The translations under genes and the position numbers were made by a program. DNA of 64,000 nucleotides from Octopus sinensis (Eukaryota), in the NCBI RefSeq assembly GCF_006345805.1, contig NC_043006.1, positions 12,834,001-12,898,000 on the forward strand, read 5' to 3'. The number at the start of each line of letters is the position of its first letter. Position 1 is the stretch's first letter. Below, one piece after another: positions 1 through 12,576 of the stretch. The notes below the pieces were generated by a model that saw only the letters and a program-made list of their open reading frames with translations, ran no database searches and was not told the origin of the DNA.

Positions 1-1129
1 ATTTTCAAAGAATATTGAAGAGGGAGTGTGAATAAAGTGTCATTAGCATAAATTTGGTATCATTCAATTTATAAAACACATTATTCCTGAAAACACATTA
101 TGAGAAACATGAAGAAAGCAAAAAGTAAAGAAATCAATATAGATCAATATCAGCGGGAAATATTCTGACACATTTTTAGAATCAATTATTGAAATAAATT
201 CAAGATATATTCTGGGGATTATTTTACGTAGTTTATTAAACTCACGCACGCAAACACACACAAGCACACGAAGTCATACTCACGCACATAGGCTACATGC
301 ATATACACCCCACACTGTATACATACATGTGCATAATTCTGTAGGTATATTTATATATCTATGTATTATGCATGTATATATATATAGGGAAAATATATAT
401 ATATATATATAATATATATATATATATAATATATATGTATGTGTGTGTGTGTGTATGTATGTATTTACGTATATATGTATGTGTGTATGCATTTGTGTAT
501 GTATGCATGCATGCATGTATACATGCATGTTAAAAATATTAAATTCGAATTTAATATTTTTAACATATCATGCTATCCGGAACAAAATTCGAACTCAAAT
601 ATGATATTGCTGATCATTAATGATAAAAAAAAAAAAGGAATAGGCAAGAGGAAGATAAAAAAACAAAGATAAAAAGGCTCAAGAAAGGAAATGAAGAGTT
701 ACATTGTCGTGTCCGTTCGAAGCAGAATTAATATCGTTGTATTTGAAGCTGAATTAAGATGGTTGATGTAAATCATTTCAATGGAGAGATGTTCATTTTC
801 TGTGAGACTCCATGCCTAATCCGGATTCCTGTGACCCCCATCGTAGTTTTAAAAAAATCTTATAGCCAATATCAGCAACGGAATATATAATCACTTCTCT
901 AAAGTAATATTCGATGAGGTAGCCTTGTTATAAAATAATGTCTTGGCTAACAATGACTCTGATGAAAATATGTCCCATAAGTCTATAATTTGGAATTAGA
1001 CCTAGGAAGATAATATCGTCCACCCCAAACTACGTTTTGTTTATAAATATTAAGACTAATGTAATTAGAAAATTCCTAGCCGTAATAGTTAAGCATTTCC
1101 CAGTTCACTATAATACAGCAAAAATTCTA

Positions 1130-1383
1130 ATAGACATTCAATGAAATATTCATAGAGCTGCGACGTTTCATCAACCAAGAGGATGGGGAAGATTCGGTGA
1201 AAGAGTTCTTTGCCTTGAAGAACATGAACTACTATCAGCATGAGATCAAAGAATTGGCAGAAAGGTGTCTTTAGATGATGCAACACGATGGCCTCTACCG
1301 TTAATGTTTGGCCGCTTTTGATGTAACTTGAAGAAAGCAAATAAGTTGACAAAATATTGCAAAACCTTTGATTCACCGCAATG
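1130..1383 (+). mobile_element. mariner transposon 3' remnant (transposase C-terminus plus right end)
   Basis: + frame reads FNEIFIELRRFINQEDGEDSVKEFFALKNMNYYQHEIKELAERCL*MMQHDGLY, matching the mariner C-terminal RRF..E.V..FFA.K...Y..GI..L.ERW....DG.Y pattern; ends in TIR-like CAAAACCTTTGATTCACCGCAATG followed by TA. Confidence 0.75.
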
Positions 1384-1492
1384 TATATCTCTCTTGGCAT
1401 ACACACTCATATGTAAATGTTATGTATGTGTACATATTTACATATGTATACACATACACACACATACATACACGCATACGCACACACACACG

Positions 1493-1559
<67 letters not shown>

Positions 1560-1838
1560 GGAGGTGCAATGGCCTAGTGGTTAGGGCAGTGGAAACGCGG
1601 TTGTAGGATCGCAGTTTCGATTCCCAGGCCGGGCGCTGTGAGTGTTTATTGAGCGAAAACACCTAAAGCTCCACGGGTCTTCAGCTGAGTGGGGGGATTC
1701 CTGCTGTACTCTTTCGCCGCAACTTTCTCTCACCCGCTTAGCCAGCGGGGTGGCGTCATTTGAAGGCTAATACAATGCGAAGTGCATTGTGACCAGTAAT
1801 GTGTAGCAACATTTGATACCCTGGTCGGTCACGGTGAT
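1560..1838 (+). mobile_element. tRNA-derived SINE group A, tail type 2
   Basis: Head GGAGGTGCAATGGCCTAGTGGTTAGGGC with A/B boxes; 3' module TTAGCCAGCGGGGTGGCGTCATTTGAAGGC...CTGGTCGGTCACG shared with 40860-41157 and 54202-54461. Confidence 0.9.
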
Positions 1839-1853
1839 ATATATATATATATA

Positions 1854-2092
1854 TATCATTAAGAGACATAACCTCTGTTAAGTAATTCAATAGTGAAAGA
1901 CATTATCCACACCATATAGAAAAAATTAAACATACTATAATAAACATTATTCAAAAACTTAAATAAATGTTTATTTCATTTTGTGATTTTTTTAATGATA
2001 TTGATTATAGTATATTTAATTTTTTTCTATATAGTGCGGATAATGTCTTTCGTTATTGAATTACTTAATAGAGATTATTTCTCTTAATTATA
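1854..2092. mobile_element. foldback/MITE-like element with ~90 bp inverted arms
   Basis: 1854-1945 (TATCATTAAGAGACATAACCTCTGTTAAGTAATTCAATAGTGAAAGACATTATCC...) is the reverse complement of 2003-2092 at roughly 85% identity; TA context. Confidence 0.85.
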
Positions 2093-2167
2093 TATTATAT
2101 ATTGTGAAATTTGATTTAGAATGTTAAATTGAATTTTTCCCTGTAAGTGGGAATTGTATTCCCTTAT

Positions 2168-2172
2168 ATTAA

Positions 2173-2227
<55 letters not shown>

Positions 2228-2352
2228 TTATATATATATATAATATATTATATATATTATATATATAATATATATTATATTATATATATATATATATATA
2301 TAATATATAAATATATATATATAATATATATATATATAATATATATATATAT
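2168..2352. repeat. (TA)n microsatellite, representative of dozens in the window
   Basis: Near-pure TA tract with scattered single-base slips. Confidence 0.95.
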
Positions 2353-2696
2353 ACAGGGATTTATAGTAAATTTCTTATTAGCTGATACGAGAGCCTCAGT
2401 GCGATCGTTTGAACTGCTAGTAAAGTAGCCAACTCTCCCTTAGGTCACACAAAAGGATTCACTGGGAAATAGAATGGTTTTTGCAAGAAAGTCCTCCATT
2501 ACAGATCTACTCAATCAGCATCAATCTCAGGAATAAACTACGACGACATCAACAAGAACATCAAGAAAAGAAAAGAAATTTGCTCTGAAACCTCAGCCAA
2601 CCCCGAAGTATTGACATTGTGCTCAGTGAGAAGCAATCAATATCTCCGCCTAATGCACAAACTGCTTGCAAAAACTATTTTATATGTATATATATA

Positions 2697-2748
<52 letters not shown>

Positions 2749-3361
2749 TATATATGTGTGTGTGTGTGTGGTGTGTGTGTGTGTGTATATATGCGTGCAC
2801 ACATACATATATATATATATATGCATTCATATATATATACATATACATATATGCATATGCGTATATGTATATATGCACACATGTATTTGCACAACCTACT
2901 GATCCATACTTGCATAGCTTGCATATAGAGAAATCTTGCATCTTTTCCAAGATTATGACAGCAAACATATTCATATTCATAAAGCATGCTACCGTTCTAT
3001 CTTGGTGTAGCTCCCTCTTAAAAATAGCAACTGTTTCACGTTATTGCAAAGTGCCATCTACCTGTTATCAATGTCTTAGAGAATATATTCCAAGTTGCGC
3101 AGACTCATTGGTCCACTACAATGAGATTGTCCGATTTAGCACTCACCCAATATTTATTTCAGTGTTTCACTCTCTGTAGCTCTCACTGTCTTTTTGTCCT
3201 ACTTTCTCTCTTACTCCTCACTCTATATATATATACACACACACACATACAAACATACACATATATACATACTTATATGGATGTGTATATATATAGATAT
3301 ATATATATGCACATCCATATATGCACATCCATATAAGTATGTATATATGTGTATGTTTGTA

Positions 3362-3720
3362 TGGTTCCGGGTCCATTCCCACTGCGTGACACCTTGGGCA
3401 AGTGTCTACTACTATAGCCTCGGGCCGACCAAATCCTTGTGAATAGATTTGGTGGACGGAAACTGAAAGAAGCCCGTCGTATGAATATATATATATGTGT
3501 GTATATGTTTGTGTGTCTGTGTTTGTCCCCACCCAATATCTCTTGATAACTGATGCTTGTGTGTTTACGTACCCGTCACTTAGCGGTTCGGCAAAAGAGA
3601 TCCGATTGAATAAGTTCAAGGTTTCCAAAGAATAAGTCCTGGAGTCGATTTTCTCGACTAAAGGCGGTGCTCCAGCATGGCCGCAGTCAAATGACTGAAA
3701 CAAGTAAAAGAGAAAAGAGA
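3362..3720 (+). mobile_element. tRNA-derived SINE group B, 5'-truncated
   Basis: CCTTGGGCAAGTGTC (CORE-like start), internal TA/GT microsatellite, 3' end GGCGGTGCTCCAGCATGGCCGCAGTCAAATGACTGAAACAAGTAAAAGAG. Confidence 0.9.
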
Positions 3721-4579
3721 ATACTAGTAGTAGTAATTCATATTCTTAAAGTTATTTACTGCTTACATTTCACAGAAGACCAGCTTGATTATATTTAAAA
3801 GATATTTTTTTATTATTTTGGTTTCCTTGTGCCGCCTGCATTCTCGTCAATAACTTCATTTCCTTGCTGTAAGTCCCTCCTGGGGATTGAAGAAACACAA
3901 GTTATTTTTACCTGAAGGCGGAACAACTTCCATAGTAAGAACTGTCAAACATCTCAACCAACCAAAGAAGCTAACAGAATCTCTTTAGTGTAATCTTTTT
4001 GTTTGTTTGTTTTTTTTTTTGCTTCATTTCTATAATTGCGTTTAAAATTTATTGGAACGGAAAGAGATTTTACGGAGAAGGAAAAACGTAAAGAGAAGAA
4101 GGTGGGGGGAAAAGAGAAGAGTAGGTGTTCTTACTGCTGCACTAGACTAGTTCTGACCTAACGTAAATTATTTTATTGCCACAAGGGCAATAGAGGACGA
4201 ACATTACGAGAAGTTGACTTCATGTGTCAATTCTATGTTATTGTGTCAGTGCTTGAATAATTAAGGTCCAGAGTAAAATCTAATTAAACACATAACAAAC
4301 AAAATATTAACATTACAAACAAAATTATGAATAAATTAATTATCATATCAAATTATTAATGACTAGAGAAAAGAAAACAGAGAGAGAGAGAGAGCGATAA
4401 TAAGAGTGGGCCACTGTCAGATGAAAAGAAAAGGTCAGCAGACAGAGAGAGTGGGGGTGAGGTGGAGGCTTTTATTAACTTGAAATAGCAGGAAAACAAA
4501 GGCAATCTGGCGAAAGGAACATTTTTAAAATTAAAATTCAATTGACACGAATTTCATTTCACTGCCACTACTACTACTA

Positions 4580-4612
<33 letters not shown>

Positions 4613-4634
4613 CGCTTTTACAACTACTGCTGCT

Positions 4635-4832
4635 CTAATTTTGGCACAATGCCAGCAAGTTCGGGGCTGGGGTTAAGTCAATTCCATCGCCCCAAGTGTT
4701 CAACTGGTAATTATTTTATCGACCCAGAAAGGAGGAAAGGCAAAGTCCACCTCGGCGGAATTTAAACTCAGAACCGAATGTCAGACGAAAGCGTTTCGCC
4801 CGGCGTGCTAACGATTCTACTAGCTGGCCGCC
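4635..4832 (-). mobile_element. tRNA-derived SINE group C, diverged
   Basis: Reverse complement of GGCGGCCAGCTAGTAGAATCGTTAGCACGCCGGGCGAAA...GAGTTTAAATTCCGCCGAGGTGGACTTTGCC. Confidence 0.8.
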
Positions 4833-4934
4833 TTGGTATCAATAATACTGTTTCTGATGTAGGTATCACACTAAAGGCTTTAGGCAGAATCTTTTGTGCT
4901 TCGTTTTACATTTTCCGGTTCCTTAAGATCTTCT

Positions 4935-5315
4935 TGAAGCACTCCGTCGGTTACGACGACGAGGGTTCCGGTTGATCCGAATCAACGGAACAGCCTGCTC
5001 GTGAAATTAACGTGTAAGTGGCTGAGCACTCCACAGACACGTGTACCCTTAACGTAGTTCTCGGGGATATTCAGCGTGACACAGAGAGTGACAAGGCCGG
5101 CCCTTTGAAATACAGGTACAACAGAAACAGGAAGTAAGAGTGAGAGAAAGTTGTGGTGAAAGAGTACAGCAGGGATCACCACTATCCCTGCCGGAGCCTC
5201 ATGGAGCTTTAGGTGTTTTCGCTCAATAAACACTCACAACGCCCGGTCTGGGAATCGAAACCGCGATCCTATGACCGCGAGTCCGCTGCCCTAACCACTG
5301 GGCCATTGCGCCTCC
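4935..5315 (-). mobile_element. SINE group A, tail type 1, full length
   Basis: Near-identical to other A1 copies; TSD CCTTAAGATCT at 4921-4931 and 5319-5329. Confidence 0.95.
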
Positions 5316-5514
5316 ACTCCTTAAGATCTAACTTCAAATCACACAGAAAACAACTTGGCCTGTCATTTTTCCGGGGAAGGGTGGAGTCCTTAAAATAAAG
5401 TACTAGTGACTACTAGGTTCGATATAATCGACAATTCACCTCTTCCTCCACCGGAAGCAGAAGTTATAATTAGTACAATATTGCTATTGCGTCGTTTTTA
5501 TTACTATTGTATTT

Positions 5515-5685
5515 GAAAATGCTTAGCGGCTTTTCACCCGTCCTTACGTTCTGAGAAATTCCGCCGAAGTCAACATTGCGTCTGATCCATCGACCCTAGT
5601 AGTGTAATGGAGGTCGATCTAATCGGCTCGTCCCCTCCACCAACATACCAGGCCTCGTACCTATTGCAGTAGAAAGGATTATTAC
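5515..5685 (+). mobile_element. SINE group C fragment, AGTAGAAAGGATTATT tail
   Basis: AAATGCTTAGCGGC...TTACGTTCTGAGAAATTCCGCCGAAGTC and GGTCGATCTAATCG motifs. Confidence 0.7.
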
Positions 5686-5697
5686 AATTGTATTTAA

Positions 5698-5905
5698 GGA
5701 GGCGAGCTGGCAGAATCGTTAGCACGCCCGGTTAAATGCTTAGCGACATTTCGTCCGTCTTCGCGTTCAAATTCCACTGAGGTCGACTTTGCTTTTAATC
5801 CTTTCGGAGTCGATGAAATAAGAACCAGTTGACACAGGGTCGATCTAATCGACTTTTTTCCTCCCCCGAAATTGCTGGCCTTGTTCCAAAGTTTGAAACA
5901 ATTAT
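5698..5905 (+). mobile_element. SINE group C, TTTGAAACAATTATT tail
   Basis: Head GGCGAGCTGGCAGAATCGTTAGCACG; body CTTTCGGAGTCGATGAAATAAGAACCAG. Confidence 0.85.
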
Positions 5906-5920
5906 TACTATCATATATAT

Positions 5921-6304
5921 GGAGGCGCAATGGCCCAGTGGTTAGGGCAGCGGACTCGCGATCGTAGGATCGCGGTTTCGATTCCCAGACCGGGCGATGT
6001 GAGTGTTTATTGAGCGAAAACACCTAAAAGCTCCACGAGGCTCCGGTAGGGGATGGTGGTGATCCCTGCTGTACTCTTTCACCACAACTTTCTCTCACTC
6101 TTACTTCCTGTTTCTGTTGTACCTGTATTTCAAGGGGCCAGCCTTGTCACTCTCTCTGTCACGCTGAATATCCCCGAGAACTACGTTAAGGGTGCACGTG
6201 TCTGTGGAGTGCTCAGCCACTTACATGTTAATTTCACGAGCAGGCTGTTCCGTTGATTCGGATCAACCGGAACCCTAATCGTCGTAACCGACGGAGTGCT
6301 TCCA
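5921..6304 (+). mobile_element. SINE group A, tail type 1, full length
   Basis: GGAGGCGCAATGGCCCAGTGG...GTAACCGACGGAGTGCTTCCA; TSD ACTATCATATAT at 5907-5918 and 6309-6320. Confidence 0.95.
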
Positions 6305-6574
6305 TTCCACTATCATATATGATGGCATAAAAGAAGCACGGTCATATTAAACGCAGACCAAGTTCAGCAGCGTATATTCAGGGAGAAACGGATTTTATGG
6401 ATTAAAGTTTATTGCATAATCAACCCGAGATGATTTTTGGAAAACTTGAATCTTATATACTATCAAATACGGTGATTCATTTTTGCTAGTAACGCGAACC
6501 AAAATGAGTCCTAATTGTTACAGAATTTTATAGGCCATCATATCATCATTGATGCGTAACGAAACGGTGGGATG

Positions 6575-6750
6575 AATTTTGACTTCACCTGGGTTTTAGT
6601 ATTAACTATCAAAGTCGCTGAGGGCGACTTAATCTTTCATCGTTTCGCGTTCGATGAAAAACGCACCAGCTGAGCCTTAGGGTCGACGTAATCGATTAAC
6701 ATCTTTCTCAAAAATTGCTGGCATTGTGTCAAAATTTGGAGCCAATATTA
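6575..6750 (+). mobile_element. degenerate SINE group C body
   Basis: CTTTCATCGTTTCGCGTTCGAT...GGGTCGACGTAATCGA...GGCATTGTGTCAAAATTTGGAGCCAATATT. Confidence 0.6.
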
Positions 6751-7011
6751 GCAATTAGAGTAGAGTTTCTCAACCATTTTTCCCCCTGAACTTTCATTCT
6801 TAAGTTATTCTGGTGGACCCTCATAACCATTAAAGGTTTTAAAAATCTCTTTATAATTTAATAATGAAATATTACTGGAAATCATATAAACAAATTAAAA
6901 TATTTTGTGAATTATAGAATTATAACCAAGTTATTTGCATATAAGTTTCAACAAAATTAGAATGGCTGTATTACAGTATTAAATCGTCTCACTACTACTA
7001 CTACTACTAGT

Positions 7012-7075
<64 letters not shown>

Positions 7076-7076
<1 letters not shown>

Positions 7077-7560
7077 TTGTTGTGAAAGACCAAAACAATA
7101 AATTTTGCTTATTGATCGACATGAGCATCCCCTGTGATCATAATATCTCAGCGAAAGAGTTTGACAAGCTCAGAAAATATAAAGACCTACTCATTGAAAT
7201 TGAGAAAATGTGGCATCTCAAGGCGGTTACAATACCAGTGATCGTAGGAGCACTAGGAATGATCAAGAAGGGAACTGAAAATTATATGAGAATGACCCCT
7301 GGCTTACCATCCCTGCAAGAAGTGCAAAAGATTGTCTTAACTGGTACATCACACGTATTGAGAAGAGCATTGTCGATGTGAGAACTGTTGCTGCTCATGT
7401 ATTTTAATTTAACTTAAAAAAAAAATTTTTTTTTAAAATTAACGAACTACTGAGTTTGGTTTAATGGCCTACCAATGTATACTATGAGTTTCTTTGCCCT
7501 AGGAGTCGGGAAGACACTCGGCAAGAAATGGAAGCAAATTTGAAAGAAGAAAAGAAAAGT
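7076..7560 (+). mobile_element. R4/Dong-type non-LTR retrotransposon, 5'-truncated (RLE endonuclease C-terminus plus 3' UTR)
   Basis: IVVKDQNNKFCLLIDMSIPCDHNISAKEFDKLRKYKDL...PVIVGALG...QKIVLTGTSHVLRRAL is a restriction-like endonuclease tail; (TAA)n at 7012-7075 and 7560-7572. Confidence 0.9.
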
Positions 7561-7597
7561 AATAATAATAATGCTGTGGCGACGACGACAACCACAA

Positions 7598-7772
7598 CCA
7601 TGCTGGAGCAACGCCTATAGTCGAACAAATCGACCCCATGGCTTTTTTTTTAAATGCTAGTCCTTATTCTATTGGTCTCTTTTGCCGAATCGCTAAGTTA
7701 CGGTGCCGTAAACACACCAACATCGGTTGTGAAGCGATGTGGGGGGGACACAAACACACACAAACATATGCT

Positions 7773-7836
<64 letters not shown>

Positions 7837-7984
7837 ACGGACTTCTTTCAGTTTCCGTCTACTCACAAGCTTTTGGTCGGCCCGAGGCTATAGTAGAATA
7901 CACTTACCTAAAGTGCCATGCAGTAGGACTGAAACCAGAAGCATATGGTTGGTAAGCAATCTTCTCACCTCACAGTTGCGCTTG
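7598..7984 (-). mobile_element. SINE group B, diverged
   Basis: Reverse complement of group B consensus including GACGGAAACTGAAAGAAGTCCGTC and GCTCCAGCATGG. Confidence 0.85.
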
Positions 7985-8353
7985 TGAACTATGTGAACTA
8001 TTTGAGAGCATTTTTAATTAGCACAGATCCTTCAAAACAGTGCTATCAACTGAAGTCTGTGGAGGATAACTAGTTAGCCTCGACAGACTTCAGCTATGTC
8101 CCTAGTGTAAGCTTGGGATAGTCTTTTGTTTGTAAAATTACGTTTCATCTGATGATTATTGATTTTTGTAACGGAGTAATGTTCGCATTCTTCTATTAAA
8201 AATGCGAAAGAAAAAGTTGTAATGATTTGACAATATATATATATATATATATACGGAGATGGGGAGGGAGGGGAGAGAGGGAGAGACAGTTTTTGAAGTG
8301 ATGTTCAGATATTGTATTTTTAGAATAATAGGTTAGTCAGAATGCCGGATCAT

Positions 8354-8391
<38 letters not shown>

Positions 8392-8953
8392 ATATATATA
8401 GTATATATATATATTATATATATATATGTGTGTGTTGTGACGGACTTCTTTCAGTTCCGTCTACTCACAAGCTTTTGGTCGGCCCGAGGCTATAGTAGAA
8501 TACACTTACCTAAAGTGCCATGCAGTAGGACTGAAACCAGAAGCATATGGTTGGTAAGCAATCTTCTCACCTCACAGTTGCGCTTGTGAACTATGTGAAC
8601 TATTTGAGAGCATTTTTAATTAGCACAGATCCTTCAAAACAGTGCTATCACTGAAGTCTGTGGAGGATAACTAGTTAGCCTCGACAGACTTCAGCTATGT
8701 CCCTAGTGTAAGCTTGGGATAGTCTTTTGTTTGTAAAATTACGTTTCATCTGATGATTATTGATTTTTGTAACGGAGTAATGTTCGCATTCTTCTATTAA
8801 AAATGCGAAAGAAAAAGTTGTAATGATTTGACAATATATATATATATATTATACGGAGATGGGGAGGGAGGGGAGAGAGGGAGAGACAGTTTTTGAAGTG
8901 ATGTTCAGATATTGTATTTTTAGAATAATAGGTTAGTCAGAATGCCGGATCAT

Positions 8954-9020
<67 letters not shown>
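7826..9020. repeat. near-perfect tandem duplication, ~600 bp unit
   Basis: 7837-8353 repeated at 8440-8953; differences seen are single-base deletions; both breakpoints in TA/TG microsatellite. Confidence 0.95.
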
Positions 9021-9048
9021 TATAATTATTATTTATATATATTTACAG

Positions 9049-9402
9049 TTTATCTACACTTTCAGCGCTTTCTTCCGTTATTTGATTTATCAAAAAGGGG
9101 TTTATCAAAACAGTTAGATTTATTTGCTTTTTTACATATAAAAATTGTTTGTATGGCTTGCCAAGCAAGGGAGAAAAAACACGAAAAACATTTTTTGAGA
9201 AGAAGTGGGAGGTAAGGAGGCGTGGCTTTTGTATTTCTCATTTCCACCCTAAAAGGTCACTAAGTACGAAACAAATAAGTCTAGCCTTATCAATATATGC
9301 CACGCCTCCTTACGTCCCCGTCCTTCTCCGCAAATTTATTTTTATATAAACCACTTTTTGATAAATGCGATAACAGAAGAAAGCGCTAAAAGCGTAAATA
9401 AA
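9049..9402. mobile_element. MITE with ~55 bp TIRs
   Basis: TTTATCTACACTTTCAGCGCTTTCTTCCGTTATTTGATTTATCAAAAAGGGGTTTAT is inverted at 9345-9402. Confidence 0.8.
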
Positions 9403-9616
9403 ATTTAATACAAACATATATATGATCATCCAACATTCAAGTAAGTTTTATTCAAATTCGCCGGTACTCGAATTAATTGCGGAATTAATGTTATTTTGCG
9501 GTTGAAGCTTTGGCTGTTATTTCTAGTGGGTGAATGGCCTATTATGGCCGTTCCTTGATTGTGATGTTGAACTTATAAATGGTCTATGACTATTTAATTT
9601 TTTCCACTAGGCCGCT

Positions 9617-9652
9617 GGTGGCAAAAAAATTCTACGAAATTTTTTTGCCACC
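9617..9652. other. perfect 15-bp hairpin, probably at a DNA transposon end
   Basis: GGTGGCAAAAAAATT / CTACGA / AATTTTTTTGCCACC followed by CTATA. Confidence 0.7.
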
Positions 9653-9661
9653 CTATATGAT

Positions 9662-9739
<78 letters not shown>

Positions 9740-9822
9740 GGAGAGAGAGGGAGTGGGAGAGAGAGCGAAAGAGAGAAAGGGAGAGAGAGAAAGCGGGAGT
9801 GAGAGAGGCAGAGATTACTCTA

Positions 9823-11098
9823 TAGGGCACAATTATATTTAAGGGCACAAAAGCTATTATGCTTATATGCTGAAAGAAGACACCGAATGAGTCCTACCAC
9901 ATCAAATATTCACTCCACATATAATTACACAGGATGAAAGCAGGAAAGCTGACTGTCTAAAAATTCATGAAATAATTGAGATTGTTTTGGATTGATCGAT
10001 TTCTGGATTGGTCTGGTAACTTTTCGTTCATCAACAAAAAAACATTGGGTGAAATAAATGGAAGTATCAATACATACTCACAAAAAAGCATATGGAAAAT
10101 GCGAGTACATACAAATATTCAAGGAAAATTTACATGTAAAGTGAATATTTGAAGTTGTACTACGTATTTGGTGTCTTCTATCAGCATATAATAGCGTTTG
10201 TACCCTATACAATTATATATCTCTATAAAAGTATTTTACCTAAAAGATTCTTATACACAGGCCACTGATTAAATTCATTAATTTTAATGATATTATCTTC
10301 TAATTGTGTTTTATGTATCACCTGTGCCCTTCGGGTCATTTTATTTACCTCTGTATTACAGCGACCAATTGTGGAGGCGCAATGGCCCAGTGGTTAGGGC
10401 AGCTGACTCGCGGTCATACGATCGCGGTTTCGATTCCCAGACCGGGCGTTGTGAGTGTTTATTGAGCGAAAGCACCTAAAGCCTCACGAGGCTCCGGCAG
10501 GGATGGTGGTGATCCCTGCTGTACTCTTTCACCACAACTTTCTCTCACTCTTACTTCCTGTTTCTGTTGTACCTGTATTTCAAAGGGCCGGCCTTGTCAC
10601 ACTCTGTGTCACGCTGAATATCCCTGAGAACTACGTTAAGGGTACACGTGTCTGTGGAGTGCTCAGCCACTTATACGTTAATTTCGCGAGCAGGCTGTTC
10701 CGTTGATTCGGATCAACCGGAACCCTCGTCGTCGTAACCGACGGAGTGCTTCCACAGTGACCAAATACAAACGTGTTGTGGGGGACTGCGAAATTCGATG
10801 CCTATATATTTGTGGATATCTAAATATACTCGCATTTTTGCCTATGTTTTTCTGACGGTAGATATATATATTTTCATTTATTTCGCCCAGTGTGTATTGC
10901 TGATGAATGAAAAGTTTCCAAACTCATCCAGAAATTGATTAATTCAAAACCATCTGAGTTATATCGTGAATGTTTAGCCAGTCTGTTTTTCCACTTTCAA
11001 CTTGTGTAATTATATGTGAAATGGCAGGACGTATTCGGCGTCTTATTCCTGTATATAGGCATAATAGCTTTTGTGCGCCTATATATAATTGCACCCTG
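9823..11098. mobile_element. TA-flanked element with ~290 bp inverted arms (Tc1/mariner-type non-autonomous)
   Basis: 9823-10120 aligns in reverse to 10815-11098 at roughly 70-75%; termini TA-TAGGGCACAATTAT and ATAATTGCACCCTG-TA; extra short right end at 10130-10207. Confidence 0.75.
10373..10754 (+). mobile_element. SINE group A, tail type 1, full length
   Basis: Consensus A1 sequence; TSD-like ACAG(C/T)GACCAA on both sides. Confidence 0.95.
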
Positions 11099-11268
11099 TA
11101 CCGTTATGTATCTCTATAAATGTATTTTACCTAAAAAATTTACGTGCTGACGACTGATAAAATTCATTCATTTTATGTTATGTATATGTGTGTGTATACA
11201 TAAATTAATATATACATATAAATGTATGGCCGCGGCCTTCGGGCTAAAACATTTTTAAGGATTTAAGG

Positions 11269-11326
<58 letters not shown>

Positions 11327-12183
11327 ATATGTATGTATGTATGTATGCATGTATATAACGCATATATGAATGTGTGCGTATATGTGTAGGTGGTTGTGTG
11401 GGTGTGGCGGGGTGTTTTATGCCAAGTTAGATCCAAAATTAATTTTTATATCAAGCTGAAGAATTTCTGAAAGTCTTTTAGTAGCATACATATTTACAAC
11501 ACATAATAATAATAATGATAATTAAAATTTGATGTCGAGTGATTGTATTTATCTTAATGTATAAACTGGTTATTACTACAATTGTATGACTTTTACGTCT
11601 CATGTTAAACAGAAAATTTTTCAAATTTAATATGATTATGATTGTTGTGGAGGTTTTCTCTTGAATGGCAATTTTATTTTAGTTTTATTTACCATATCTT
11701 GTTTGGACATGTGAAAGGTGAAATATCATTAATCAAGGATACCATGTATTAAGACGTTGCACATTAAGGCTTGAGAACTCTTTGAAGTTAAACTATAAGA
11801 AATAACAAGTTCAATAAAATTCGAGAAGCACCACAATTGTTATCCAACTTAAACTAAATTCGAACATCAAAACATTAAGATATCCAATAATTCGTTTGCA
11901 TTTTCTAACTAAAATCATTTACAAATTAGATAACGACGTGTACATCAAATATCATTCAAAGCTATAGGAATCCCAGCTTACACACCTATAACGATGTGAA
12001 AGCTGAAGAAACTATAACGAAATTAAAAGTAGATAACGCATAAACTGTTAGACCGACCGTGAATCAAGATTATACATCACGTTTGAAAATCATAAAGATA
12101 ACTTCGAATCCAACACGATATATGGGTTACTTAAACCAGTGAAGAATGAAATCGGATTAATTAGCAAATATATATATATATAT

Positions 12184-12576
12184 CTAGCAGTATCGCCCGG
12201 CGTTGCTCGGGTTTGTAAGGGAAATAACTATATAAGCATTTTTAGAGATGTAAAGTATAATAGCCATCTCAATATGGCTAACCACAAAGGGGGGTGTTAC
12301 TGTAGCTTTTTACGTTCTGAGATTTAATAATACATTTTAGAGAGTTACTTCCCTTATATAATAGCAAAAAAATGCATTAAAAATGGGAAAAAATGATGGT
12401 AATTTTTTTTTAAATCGTAGACTCATCGTAGACGCGCGCTAATACCCAGAAGGGCTCGATATGAATCACGACTATAAGATACCCGCTTTTGGTTACACTG
12501 CACCGCAAAATGTGGGAGTAGTTAGGAATCTAAATCGTAGGAAACAGACACACAACTTCACTTTTATATATAAAGA
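12184..12576 (-). mobile_element. non-autonomous Helitron
   Basis: Minus strand starts A|TCTTTATATATAAAAG and ends CCCGAGCAACGCCGGG hairpin then CGATACTGCTAG; second copy at 20760-21145. Confidence 0.85.

Noticed and set aside
1089-1406. 105-aa minus-strand ORF with an acceptor-like site
   Set aside because: It is the antisense of the mariner C-terminus on the + strand.
5921-5995. tRNA-like heads with A and B boxes
   Set aside because: All continue into SINE bodies and lack a closed acceptor stem; not tRNA genes.
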